From NCBI GenBank assembly GCA_964471415.1, contig CAYYHF010000002.1, forward strand, positions 1 through 36,672: DNA of 36,672 nucleotides. Direction: 5' to 3'. Under the pieces are notes generated by a model, which saw only the letters and a program-made list of their open reading frames with translations, was not told the origin of the DNA and did not search any database. Numbering within the stretch: the first letter of the stretch is position 1; every line of letters starts with the position of its first letter. This document shows, one piece after another, positions 15,660 through 25,085 of the stretch. This DNA comes from an uncultured Clostridia bacterium (GTDB lineage Bacteria > Bacillota > DTU025). Position numbers and translations under genes: made by a program.

Positions 15660-17777
15660 TCAGCGTGCGGCCTCATCGGCGTGGTTGCGCGCAGACAGCT
15701 TGTCGATTCTCCGGTAGATCGTGCTCCTCGACACACCCAGCTCTCGGGCCACGCGGCTGATGTTGCCTCCATACTTCTGCAAGAGCGCCATCATATGCTC
15801 CTGCTCGCGATGCTCGAGCATTCGGCGCATGCGGCGCCTTTCGCCATCGAAATCCGTGATTCTCATTGCGTGCCTGGGCATCGGCCCGCTTGCCGACCCG
15901 CCTACGGAAACAACGGCGGGAGACACGGCAGACGCGACCGGCGCTGCGGCCGCGCCTTGTGCGCCGGGGTAAGGGCTCAGGATCTCCTCCGGCAGATGCT
16001 GCAGCCCGATTCTGCCATCGGTTGCGATGTTGACCATTCGCTCAACTACATTCTGAAGCTCGCGTACGTTGCCGGGCCAGTCGTAGCTCGTCAGGCACTC
16101 CATCACGCGCGGGTCTACCTCGCGCACTTCCCAACCGAATCGGCTGCCCGCCTTGGACAGGAAGAAGTCGAACAGCGGCGGTATGTCGTCCGGGCGTTCG
16201 CGAAGCGGAGGAAGCTGAATCTGGATAACGTTCAGCCTGTAGTAGAGATCCTGCCTGAAACTGCCCCTGGCCACCGCTTGTAGCAGGTCTTTGTTGGTGG
16301 CGCTTATCACACGCACGTCCATCTGGGTGACGGCGCTGCCGCCGATCCGGATAACTCGTTTGTCCTGCAGGACTCGATGCAGAGCTACCTGCTGCTCCAG
16401 GGGCATGTCGCCGATCTCGTCAAGGAACAAAGTCCCGCCGGAAGCCAGCTCGAACTTACCCGGCCTTCCACCGCGCGCCGCGCCTGTGAAGGCCCCCTCC
16501 TCATACCCGAACAGCTCGCTTCCGACGAGCTCGCGGGGGATGGCGCCGCAGTTGACCGGGACGAACGGCCCGTCAGCGCGGCGACTTCGGTTATGTATCG
16601 CCTGAGCGATCATCTCCTTGCCGGTGCCGCTCTCTCCGCATATGAGGACGTTGCTGTCGCTTTGAGACGCAATGGAAGCCAGTTCCACCGCCCGGCGTAG
16701 CTTCTCTTCTTTCCCCAAGATGTCTTCGAACCTGAAGGTGGCGTAGGACCCACTGTACCTGCTGATCAGCCTGGTTATCCTCTTTGACGGGTTGATTGAA
16801 ATCACTCCGCCGCTGATGTTGCCTTCATCGTCGCGGATCGGCTTGGCGGCTACCAGGCAATGCACAGGCCCGCCTCGGGTTTTCAGGGTCATCTCGACAT
16901 CGTCGAAGGGTTTACCGATCCCCAGCATCTGCGTGAAGTAGTGAGGCCGATTCACCAGTTCGTAGATGGGCCTGGAGTAGGGTGTGCCGGGCTCGACTGT
17001 GCCAATCGGCGTGCCCAAAATCCCCTCGGCTACTGGGTTTGCGCGCTGCGCAACGCCGCGGTCGTCGACAAGCAATATGCCGTCCGATGTGATCTGGAAC
17101 ATCTTGTTGAGGTTATCGTTGAGCAGCGTGAGCTGGCGCATCTTGGCATTGGTGCGCATCTGTGCCCGGACGGCCTCGGCTGCCGCTACGACCATTCCCA
17201 GCGTATGGGCGTGTGTGCGGGTGGAGGGACCGGACATCTGCAACGCCCCGACTATGCGGCTGTCTTCGCCGAGGATGGGAGCGGCAGAGCATGTCCAGGT
17301 ATGGAAGCGCTCGCAGTAATGCTCGTAACCTGAAATCTGCAGCGGGTTCGCAGATGCCAGCGCAGTGCCGATACCGTTGGTCCCCACGTGGTGTTCGGCC
17401 CAGCTCGACCCGGGCACGAGGTTCACGAGGGCGGCGCGTTCTAGGGCGTCCTTGTCGCCAAGCACCTCCATGGCCCGGCCCTGCTCGTCCGCCAAAATCA
17501 CGATGAAGCCGGACCCCGCCACGAAGCCGTACAGGCTGGACATGAAAGGTCGTGCTACCTCGATCAAGTCGCGGTGGCTTTCACGCAGCGCATCCACGGC
17601 GTCCTGGTCCATCGAAAGACGACCCAGGGCATCCCGCGGGTCCACTAGAGCTTCCTTTGATCTTCTCCAGGAGGCGGCAACCACAGGGCGGAGTGCCGAT
17701 GAGTCGACATCGCCTGTATCGACGAAGTTGCGCCATGCCTCAGCAATGCGCGGTTGACGCGTTAGCTCAGAAGTCAT
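15660..17777 (-). CDS. Sigma-54-dependent transcriptional activator (AcoR-like; GAF/PAS sensor, AAA+ domain, Fis-type HTH)
   Basis: GESGTGKE Walker A, the GAFTGA loop (EEGAFTGA), RELQNVVER, and a C-terminal GGNISRVARELGVSRSTIYRRI. The start is set at ATG 17777 (MTSELTRQ...). The 89 upstream codons in the track ORF look non-coding. Confidence 0.9.
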   Translation of the reverse strand: MTSELTRQPRIAEAWRNFVDTGDVDSSALRPVVAASWRRSKEALVDPRDALGRLSMDQDAVDALRESHRDLIEVARPFMSSLYGFVAGSGFIVILADEQGRAMEVLGDKDALERAALVNLVPGSSWAEHHVGTNGIGTALASANPLQISGYEHYCERFHTWTCSAAPILGEDSRIVGALQMSGPSTRTHAHTLGMVVAAAEAVRAQMRTNAKMRQLTLLNDNLNKMFQITSDGILLVDDRGVAQRANPVAEGILGTPIGTVEPGTPYSRPIYELVNRPHYFTQMLGIGKPFDDVEMTLKTRGGPVHCLVAAKPIRDDEGNISGGVISINPSKRITRLISRYSGSYATFRFEDILGKEEKLRRAVELASIASQSDSNVLICGESGTGKEMIAQAIHNRSRRADGPFVPVNCGAIPRELVGSELFGYEEGAFTGAARGGRPGKFELASGGTLFLDEIGDMPLEQQVALHRVLQDKRVIRIGGSAVTQMDVRVISATNKDLLQAVARGSFRQDLYYRLNVIQIQLPPLRERPDDIPPLFDFFLSKAGSRFGWEVREVDPRVMECLTSYDWPGNVRELQNVVERMVNIATDGRIGLQHLPEEILSPYPGAQGAAAAPVASAVSPAVVSVGGSASGPMPRHAMRITDFDGERRRMRRMLEHREQEHMMALLQKYGGNISRVARELGVSRSTIYRRIDKLSARNHADEAAR

Positions 17778-18021
17778 GGAAAGTCGCCTTCCTTTCGACT
17801 TGACAATCAGATTGCGGCTTGTGGCCTTGCGCCAGAGCGATGTGGAGGCGATTGTCACCAATAGTGTAACACATGTGTAGCATAAGTGTCCCGTTGAACC
17901 AACGCCGATGTGACAGTGGCGGTACAGGTGAGAGTGGAGCGAACTCAGTGTACGGCATGAAATTCCGGTTATGGCTTGGCCTGGGGTTTGGCATGTTGTT
18001 GCAGTGCAGGGCGCATGAGAT

Positions 18022-18036
18022 TGGCACGATACTTGC
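18022..18036 (+). promoter_or_regulatory. Sigma-54 (-24/-12) promoter of the aldehyde dehydrogenase gene
   Basis: TGGCACGATACTTGC matches TGGCACG-N4-TTGC exactly. It lies 77 nt upstream of ATG 18113 and is divergent from the sigma-54 activator gene. Confidence 0.8.
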
Positions 18037-18112
18037 GTAACCACATAGTCACCGGGCCGAAGGGCCCAAGCGCCCAGGAGCAGCCCATCAATTCGAAAGG
18101 GAGGATCTAGCC

Positions 18113-19588
18113 ATGCAAAAGCCTATGGACAGGAACTACAAGCTGTTCATCGACGGAAAATGGGTAGACGGTAAGGAGGGCAAGACGTTCGACTCGTATT
18201 GCCCGGCCAACGGGGAGTTGCTCTCCACGTGTGCGGAAGCGGGCAAGGAAGACGTGGACCTAGCCGTTCAGGCGGCGTGGAAGGCCTTTGAGACCTGGAA
18301 GAACACGAGTCCTGTGGAGAGGGCCGCGATCCTGCTGAAGATCGCCGATCTCATCGATTCCAACGCGGAGAAACTGGCTATGGTTGAGACCATGGACAAC
18401 GGCAAGCCCATCCGCGAGACGATGGCGATCGACGTGCCTTTGGCATCCGATCACTTCCGCTACTTCGCCGGCGCCATTCGGGCCGAGGAAGGCACAGCGG
18501 TGATGATTGACAAGGATCACTTGAGCATCATCCTGACCGAGCCCATCGGGGTAGTGGGCCAGATAGTCCCTTGGAATTTCCCGTTCCTGATGGCGGCCTG
18601 GAAGATCGCGCCCGCGCTTGCGGCAGGCTGCACCGTGGTGATCAAGCCGTCTTCGACAACGCCTCTGGCCACGCTGGAATTCGCGAAACTGCTTCAGGAA
18701 GTAGTCCCGCCGGGAGTCGTCAACGTGATCACCGGACGCGGTTCCACCACGGGCGGGTACATGCTGAGTCACCCGGGCTTCAGGAAGTTGGCGTTCACCG
18801 GTTCGACTGAAGTCGGATACAGCATCGCACGAGCCGCAGCCGATAAGCTCATTCCTGCAACTCTCGAGCTCGGCGGCAAGTCGGCCAACATCTACTTCCC
18901 CGACTGTCAGTGGGATAGGGCCCTCGAAGGAGTGCAGCTGGGCATCTTGTTCAATCAGGGCCAGGTGTGCTGTGCGGGCTCGCGCGTTTTTGTGCATGAA
19001 GACATTTACGACAAGTTCCTCGCTGAGTGCGTAGCTGCGTTCAACAACATAAAGGTGGGCCTGCCCTGGGAGAAGGATACGGTCATGGGTTCGCAGATCA
19101 ACGAGACTCAGCTCAAGAAGATTCTGTCTTACGTCGAGATCGGCAAGAAGGAAGGCGCTCGTGTGGCCTGCGGCGGCGAAAGGGCCGTTGAGGGCGCGTT
19201 GGCCAAGGGGGCTTTCATGAAACCCACCATTCTTGCCGATGTCACTAACAACATGAGAGTGGCGCAGGAGGAGATATTCGGGCCTGTGGCGTGCTTCCTC
19301 AGGTTCCGCGATGAGGACGAGGTCATCAAGATGGCCAACGACAACGAGTATGGACTGGGCGGAGCTGTGTGGACGCGCGACATCAATCGGGCGCTTCGTG
19401 TTGCCAGAGGGATCGAGACCGGGCGGATGTGGATCAACGACTACAACAACCTGCCTGCCCACGCTCCGTTCGGCGGATACAAGAAGTCCGGCATAGGCAG
19501 GGAGACGCACAAGATGATGCTGGCTCACTACACGCAGAAGAAGAACATTTTCATCAGCATGTCGGAGACCAAGGCGGGGTTGTACTAG
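18113..19588 (+). CDS. NAD(P)-dependent aldehyde dehydrogenase (AcoD/AldB-like)
   Basis: Full-length ALDH with VPWNFP, ELGGKSANI, a catalytic-Cys region NQGQVCCAGSR, and EEIFGPV. AGGGAGG-like RBS. Confidence 0.92.
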   Translation: MQKPMDRNYKLFIDGKWVDGKEGKTFDSYCPANGELLSTCAEAGKEDVDLAVQAAWKAFETWKNTSPVERAAILLKIADLIDSNAEKLAMVETMDNGKPIRETMAIDVPLASDHFRYFAGAIRAEEGTAVMIDKDHLSIILTEPIGVVGQIVPWNFPFLMAAWKIAPALAAGCTVVIKPSSTTPLATLEFAKLLQEVVPPGVVNVITGRGSTTGGYMLSHPGFRKLAFTGSTEVGYSIARAAADKLIPATLELGGKSANIYFPDCQWDRALEGVQLGILFNQGQVCCAGSRVFVHEDIYDKFLAECVAAFNNIKVGLPWEKDTVMGSQINETQLKKILSYVEIGKKEGARVACGGERAVEGALAKGAFMKPTILADVTNNMRVAQEEIFGPVACFLRFRDEDEVIKMANDNEYGLGGAVWTRDINRALRVARGIETGRMWINDYNNLPAHAPFGGYKKSGIGRETHKMMLAHYTQKKNIFISMSETKAGLY

Positions 19589-19755
19589 TCTCAAACGCCA
19601 GACCCGCGTGAGCTTGAGCATGAGCTCGCGCTTGCGCATATGCGCGATCTCGCGCGCGGAATTCGCATTCAGATTCGGATAGACAGGCTGGTCCGGCGGT
19701 CTTGCCCGTTTCGCTTCGATGCGCAGGCGGACGAGGTTGCCGGGCCGGCGTCTTT

Positions 19756-20970
19756 CTAGAGCTTGCTGAAGTCATCCACCCACGCCAGCGAATTGGCGTA
19801 GGCATCCGCAAGAAGAGCCTGGTGTATTCGGAGATTGGGCACCACGTTTTCTACCTGGTCCCATTCCGCGCTCTCGTATGCCGCCACCAACTGCAGCACG
19901 GGCAGAAACGGGCTGGGTTCGCCGAGCAGCGCCGCGCGCGTATCTTGTGTGAGCGGGAGTAGATCTACCACTTCGCTCATGGGACGGTCGAGCAGCGAGT
20001 CCATGAGGGACAGCAGTCCGGTGAGGAAGAGCTCAGACGCTCGGTCCGACAGACCTGCCGGCGCAGCAAGAAGCTCGGCCATTCGCGCGCGAACGATGGA
20101 GGCATCCGCTAGAGCTCTGGGTTTCTCTCCGGGAAGTCCGGTCACGGTGAGCACTGAGATCCACCGGCGAACTTCGGTGATCCCCATGAGGACGAGGGCG
20201 TGCTTGATTGACGTCACGCGGCTGCGAAGCCCGAAAGCAGCTGAGTTCACCACGCGCAGCAACCGGTACGACAGCGACACATCGCGCGAGATGATGGAAG
20301 CCAGCGCATCGAAATCGGGTACCGGCTCGTGCGCCTTGCGCAGCAGCTGGAAACTGGCGAGAGCATCAGGAGAGATATCGGCGGCCTTCGTGACTTCGGG
20401 ATGACTGAGGAAATTGCCCTGGAATAGGCGATATCCCTGCCGTATGGCCATTTGAAACTCGCCGCGAGTTTCGACCTTCTCAGCTAGGAACACAGCGCCC
20501 GACCTCGTAGCAGTCGTACGGGGGATCAGCGCGCGCTGCGCCCGCGATGCCGAAAGAAAGTCGACCTTGATGATATCGGCGAGCTTGAGGAATGGTTCGA
20601 GCTGCGGTTGGCCTACGTAGTCATCGAGGGCAATTTGGAAACCCTGCTCCCTGAGGCGCGTGAGGGCATCGAGAACCTCGGGACTGGGCGCGGCCATCTC
20701 CAGCACTTCCACCACTACAGTATCGGGGGGAAACAGGGCGGGAACCCCGTCTTCGATCAGCCTCTGGGTGAAGTTGACGTACACTGGTTTTCCACTGCTC
20801 AGCTTGTCCATGCCAATCGCGATGAATGAGTTGACCAGAAGCGCCATGGATGCGTAGTCCAGATCCCCACACGAGAACGCATCCTCCAGGCTCGAACGAA
20901 ACAGGAGTTCGTGGGCCACAATGTTGAGGTTCTTGTCGTATATGGGCTGTCGGGCAACGTATACATCCAT
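19756..20970 (-). CDS. EAL-domain plus HDOD-domain signalling protein
   Basis: VARQPIYDKNLNIVAHELLFR marks the EAL N-terminus, followed by ALDDY and IKVDF. The HDOD region is DVSLSYRLLRVVNSAAFGLRSRVTSIKHALVLMG. The start is ATG 20970, preceded by GGGGGGA. Confidence 0.85.
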   Translation of the reverse strand: MDVYVARQPIYDKNLNIVAHELLFRSSLEDAFSCGDLDYASMALLVNSFIAIGMDKLSSGKPVYVNFTQRLIEDGVPALFPPDTVVVEVLEMAAPSPEVLDALTRLREQGFQIALDDYVGQPQLEPFLKLADIIKVDFLSASRAQRALIPRTTATRSGAVFLAEKVETRGEFQMAIRQGYRLFQGNFLSHPEVTKAADISPDALASFQLLRKAHEPVPDFDALASIISRDVSLSYRLLRVVNSAAFGLRSRVTSIKHALVLMGITEVRRWISVLTVTGLPGEKPRALADASIVRARMAELLAAPAGLSDRASELFLTGLLSLMDSLLDRPMSEVVDLLPLTQDTRAALLGEPSPFLPVLQLVAAYESAEWDQVENVVPNLRIHQALLADAYANSLAWVDDFSKL

Positions 20971-21144
20971 GAATAACCATCCCCCCCACCTATCGTCTGT
21001 TGAATTCATCGCATTCTGTGATAATCCTTCTGTAACCTCCTCCAAGATCACACACATCTTGTCGGACGTGCGCCGGCGGGCGCCTATGAACCGCCCGCGG
21101 GGGTAGGGCCGGGAAGGCAGAGCTTGCAGGCTGTCCGGGTGGAG

Positions 21145-21180
21145 TTGAACGAGACGCGCGATTCATATAGTATTGAATCG
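21145..21180 (+). promoter_or_regulatory. Candidate promoter with an overlapping palindromic operator upstream of the Zn-ribbon/PH gene
   Basis: TTGAAC (21145-50), a 15-nt spacer, then TATAGT (21166-71). The -10 lies inside a perfect inverted repeat, CGATTCA-N8-TGAATCG (21159-21180). Confidence 0.35.
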
Positions 21181-21215
21181 GCTGCAAGACTAGGTTAATG
21201 AAGGGGGTGTCGTCG

Positions 21216-21704
21216 ATGCCCTATTGCCCTGAGTGCGGAGGGGAGTTCGACGGTGGCGCCAGGTTCTGCAGCGGATGCGGAGCGCAGCTGCAGAAGGTGA
21301 GCGACTCGGGTCAAGCATCATCAGAGTCGGGGACCCGGGCCCGGAGGGCACGGCGGGCTCAAGATGCGGAGGTGACGCTCTGGGAAGGAAAGCCGTACAT
21401 GAAGGAGCTGACGAGGAACATCAAGTATACCCTGACAAGTCAGCGCCTGATTATTCAGTCAGGCCTTCTCGGCCGGAGGCAAGAGCAGATCGACTTAGGG
21501 CGGGTCAAGGACATCTGTCTTACGCAGGGTGTGTCGGACCGAATGATTGGGATAGGGCAGATCGAGGTGCTTTCGACCGATCCATCGACGCCGTCCTTTC
21601 GGCTGATGGGCGTCAAGGATCCAGATCACGTGCGCGACTTGATCTGGAGCGCCGTCAATGGGCGCCGCGAGGCCCTCGGCATACGCTGGCGCGAGATGCT
21701 TTGA
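21216..21704 (+). CDS. Zinc-ribbon plus bacterial PH (bPH_2/YdbT-like) domain protein
   Basis: PYCPECGGEF...FCSGCGAQL is the zinc ribbon. LWEGKP...YTLTSQRLIIQSG...IDLGRVKDI...IGIGQIEV is a PH-like domain. ATG 21216 follows AAGGGGGTG. Confidence 0.7.
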   Translation: MPYCPECGGEFDGGARFCSGCGAQLQKVSDSGQASSESGTRARRARRAQDAEVTLWEGKPYMKELTRNIKYTLTSQRLIIQSGLLGRRQEQIDLGRVKDICLTQGVSDRMIGIGQIEVLSTDPSTPSFRLMGVKDPDHVRDLIWSAVNGRREALGIRWREML

Positions 21705-21725
21705 TGAACCCTCAGCCATCGGGAC

Positions 21726-22313
21726 TCATCTGGTCCGGGCGAACTCGTCGCACGTTATTCCCATGATTATCTCGTCCCAGTATCGGTTCGCGTAGAACCG
21801 CTGCTCCCTGATGCGGCCTTCCTCTATGAACCCGCATCTCCGGTAACACCTGCGGCCTCGCTCGTTGTACTCGAACACCCGCAGGTTCACCTTGTGCATG
21901 TTCAGAAAGCCGAAGGCGAAGTCCAGGGCAAGCCGTATGGCTTCCGTGCCCAGTCCCTTGCCGAGCAGGTCTTCGCGGCCGATCACTATTCCGAGTTCCG
22001 CGTGGCGATCGCGCCAGCTTATCCCGTGGAGACCCACGGCGCCTATGTACTCCAGGTTGGGGTCGTTACGCAAAGCGATGACGAAAATCCCCTCGTTGGG
22101 CGCGCCTTTCTTGGTCAACTGCCGCTCCACGAAGGCAATCGTCTCTTCCAGCGATTGCGGAAACACCAGGAATCCGAGGTGCTTCGTGATTTCCTCGTCG
22201 CCGACCCATCTGTGTATGGGTCCCGCATCCTCCCTGCGGAATTCGCGCAATACCACCCGGTCGCCGTAGATCACTGATATCGCCTCACTATCTCTGAATA
22301 ATGGGACCATCAT
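21726..22313 (-). CDS. GNAT-family N-acetyltransferase (RimJ/RimL-like)
   Basis: VVLREFRREDAGPIHRWVGDEEITK..., IGAVGLH..., LGKGLGTEAIRLALDFAF..., YRRCGFIEEG. The start is set at the internal ATG-ATG at 22313 inside the 385-aa track ORF. Confidence 0.85.
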   Translation of the reverse strand: MMVPLFRDSEAISVIYGDRVVLREFRREDAGPIHRWVGDEEITKHLGFLVFPQSLEETIAFVERQLTKKGAPNEGIFVIALRNDPNLEYIGAVGLHGISWRDRHAELGIVIGREDLLGKGLGTEAIRLALDFAFGFLNMHKVNLRVFEYNERGRRCYRRCGFIEEGRIREQRFYANRYWDEIIMGITCDEFARTR

Positions 22314-22883
22314 ACCATATCGCGCCGGAGGAACGGAAGATGGTCGGCGCTGCCGCAGGAGTTCCGCATATGCGTTTTGACCTGGAACGATATGTAGCGT
22401 CTGCATCCCCACTAGCATCTGCCTTGCCAGTTCCCTCAGCGTTATGTGGTATGTCGATCCCTCAACCTTGATGACTTCGCCCCGGCACGTTGTAGTCTTG
22501 GTCTCAACGACCTTGAGGCATCGTAGCGGGCAATCAACGCCATCCCAGCTTGTAAAGCCCTCTTCATCCCAAGCTCTTACCGAGGAAGTCACCCCATGGT
22601 TGTTGGGGATAGGTTCGCCCTTCGGAGTCATCCCGCTCAGCTCTACGTCTGGAGGACGACCGGCCACGAGCCCGTCCATGTCGCGCACCAGGTCGTAGTA
22701 GTCCTGTTTCAGCTTTATGACAACCCATCTGCCCAGTTCGTTCACTGCGCTTATAAACGGCGCCTGAGCATAGAGGGCATTCACGCACAGCATATCGCAG
22801 TATCGCCAGTTGCGATGTTCCACTTTGCCCCAAAGCCGAATCGCCGCCGTAGCCGCGCCCTCCCCGGGTTTGGTGCGCTCCAT
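22314..22883 (-). pseudogene. Decayed DDE transposase fragment (IS4/IS701-like), open in frame into the GNAT gene
   Basis: CDMLCVNALYAQAPFISAVNELGRWVVIKLKQ resembles the core of a DDE transposase. The expected N- and C-terminal parts are missing. Upstream (22884-23190) there are only short broken frames. Confidence 0.45.
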
Positions 22884-23510
22884 GTCCAGGATCAGACGGG
22901 GATAAGAGCCGATGTGCGATAACGCCGCCGCGCGTTCGCTTGGACCAGTTGAGCGCTTCGGCGGTCGGGCTCTGGGTGCAAAAGGGCTCGGTGCCGTCTA
23001 GCGCGGTAACCCGCTATCCGCAGATAGTCCCACACACGTGAACCTTGTTCCGCCCGGCCGTTTGGATCATGTCACCGCAATAAGATCTGAACTCGCCGCA
23101 ATCGGCGCCCGCCGCCCAGCGTCCCAAGGTGTCGGCGCTAGGTTTCTTCCGGGTATGCATAAACCTGTCGAGCTCGCCGCTCTTCCCCATGCGCTCGATC
23201 CGCTACAGACTGCCCACTCTAGCTGCAATGGAGGCGAGAAGAAGCGGCTTTCAGGTTCTTGTGTAGGCGTACACACGCATTTTTTCGGCGGCAATCCCAG
23301 CCTGCAGTCGCGCGAATGGACACTTCGTCGTGCGCTTTCGGGCTACGGTCGTCAATGCCGTGTTGCGGCGCTCGAGCCGCGGGCGCAAAAGGGAGCGCCG
23401 CGGCCCGAGCCTTGTAGCTGGAGCTCGGGTATGGGAGGAACTTGCTGTGGGTCGCGGGCGGCGTTGGTCGTCGCGAACCTGTACTCTACGACCCAGCCTT
23501 TGCGCCAAGC

Positions 23511-25085
23511 CTGGGTTCTACGACCTATGCATTACCCACACCCATGGGCATTCCTGTACACAGAGGCCCGAATAGCATATACGCCCACCTAGCGCCTTTG
23601 AACATGAAAGCCCTTGTGTCGTAGCATGTTCCCGATGCATATGACAATGGAGGAGCATCAGACTATGAGCATGAGTGAAGCGCGCAAGTGGGCGGCCTGG
23701 GAGTTGGGTGGCGTAGCGGTGCGAGATGAACGTATTGTCAATCGTCTAGTGGAAACCGCCGCGACCCTTGCTGAGCATCCGGGCAGAACCATACCTCAGG
23801 CGTGCGGCAGTTGGGCAAAGACGAAGGCGGTGTACAGGTTGCTCGACGATGAGAGTGTTTCCCCTGAAATGATCCTGTCGAGTCACAGGGAGAGAACCAT
23901 CGAGAGAATGAAGGGGCACGATGTGGTCCTGGCCGTCCAGGATACGACCCGTCTGGGGTACAGCGGCCCGCCCAACGGAGAAATCGGGTTGAGCGGCTCG
24001 TGCCCTTACAGTAGAGGGTTTTTGATGCACTCGGCTGTGGCCGTAACCACTGAAGGCGTGCCCTTGGGGCTGTTGGACCAGCATATTTGGACTCGTCCGC
24101 CCGACGAAGTCGGGAAGACCGATCGGCGAAAAGAGTTGCCCATTGAGGATAAGGAGAGCTTTGAGTGGCTCAGAAGCTTGGACCGGAGTCTGGAGGGGAT
24201 TCCCAACAACGTTACTGTGGTAACGGTGTGCGACCGGGGGGCCGACATCTATGAGTTCATCCGCAAGGCCCTACTGGATGACAGGCCTATCCTTATACGA
24301 GTCGCTCAGGACAGGCGCGTGCTTGAGGAGCAAAGGCGGCTTTACGCGCTGGCCGATGGCTACCCGGAGGCCGGGAAGATCGTTGTCGACATACCCCGGG
24401 ACCCGCGTAGAAACTTGCCTCCCAGGAAGGCAACTCTTGCGGTGAAGTTCTTCGGGGCCATCATCTGGCCGACTCTTGAGCAGACCAAGCTGATGGTTCA
24501 GAAACCCGTGTACATCATACGTGCGAAAGAAATGGATCCACCAGAAGAGGTTGAAGAAGGTGTAGATTGGCTGCTTCTTACCACCATCCCTATGAACTCG
24601 CTTGAGGATGCCACGGAGAAGATCAGATGGTATACGTTACGCTGGAGGATAGAGCGTTTTCACCATATTCTGAAGAACGACTGCGGAATACAAGAGCTAC
24701 AGCTTGAGACGGCAGACAGGCTAAAGAACGCAATCGCCCTGTATTCGCTTGTCGCGCTGAAGGTCCTCTGGTTCACCTATCAAGCCAGAGAGACGCCGAA
24801 CGCCTCCTGTGCAATGATCCTAGAAAAACAGGAATGGCAGGCACTATACTGCGTAGCCAACAACACGCCCATCCCGCCCGATTCGCCTCCCACCCTGGAG
24901 GAAGCCGCCAGACTCATAGGGAAACTGGGCGGACATTTGGGCCGCAAGCATGACGGGATGCCAGGCGTCAAGACGATCACGCGCGGACTGCAACGCCTGA
25001 ACGACATATCGCAGACCTGGCTCGTCGCGACCCAGATGCCTAATCTCTCCATCGATATGGGTAATGCATAGGTTCCACGACCCAG
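23511..25085 (+). mobile_element. IS4-family (IS50/Tn5-like) insertion sequence, about 1.58 kb
   Basis: Imperfect terminal inverted repeats, both starting CTGGGT and sharing ACCTATGCATTACCCA (about 29/37 identical), at 23511-23547 and 25049-25085. They enclose a full-length transposase gene. Confidence 0.8.
23665..25071 (+). CDS. IS4-family transposase, Tn5/IS50-like
   Basis: N-terminus WAAWELGGVAVRDERIVNRLVETAATLAEHPGRTIPQACGSWAKTKAVYRLL, then VLAVQDTT, VCDRGADIYEF, YTLRWRIERFHHILKNDCGIQELQL and a C-terminal IGKLGGHLGRKHDGMPGVKTITRGLQRL. These match Tn5 Tnp landmarks. ATG 23665 follows GGAGG. Confidence 0.9.
   Translation: MSMSEARKWAAWELGGVAVRDERIVNRLVETAATLAEHPGRTIPQACGSWAKTKAVYRLLDDESVSPEMILSSHRERTIERMKGHDVVLAVQDTTRLGYSGPPNGEIGLSGSCPYSRGFLMHSAVAVTTEGVPLGLLDQHIWTRPPDEVGKTDRRKELPIEDKESFEWLRSLDRSLEGIPNNVTVVTVCDRGADIYEFIRKALLDDRPILIRVAQDRRVLEEQRRLYALADGYPEAGKIVVDIPRDPRRNLPPRKATLAVKFFGAIIWPTLEQTKLMVQKPVYIIRAKEMDPPEEVEEGVDWLLLTTIPMNSLEDATEKIRWYTLRWRIERFHHILKNDCGIQELQLETADRLKNAIALYSLVALKVLWFTYQARETPNASCAMILEKQEWQALYCVANNTPIPPDSPPTLEEAARLIGKLGGHLGRKHDGMPGVKTITRGLQRLNDISQTWLVATQMPNLSIDMGNA

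Noticed and set aside
17989-18003. A second sigma-54-like element, TGGCATGTTGTTGCA, 33 nt upstream of the perfect one
   Set aside because: The GG-to-GC spacing is one nucleotide short of the canonical -24/-12 geometry. The downstream element matches perfectly and is the better call.
17778-18044. N-terminal extensions of track ORFs: the first 89 codons of 15660..18044, the first 69 of 26636..28288, the first 59 of 31930..33165, the first 47 of 2164..3234 and the first 38 of 30925..31986
   Set aside because: The extensions are Cys/Arg/His-rich and unlike the family N-termini. Internal ATGs with good SD sequences align with the expected protein starts.
19589-19755. An intrinsic terminator between the convergent ALDH and EAL-HDOD genes (GAGCT..AGCTC, GCGCATATGCGC, GCCGGGCCGGC followed by GTCTTTCT)
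   Set aside because: The stems are short (5-6 bp) or loopless and there is no proper U-tract, so this is not convincing enough to annotate.
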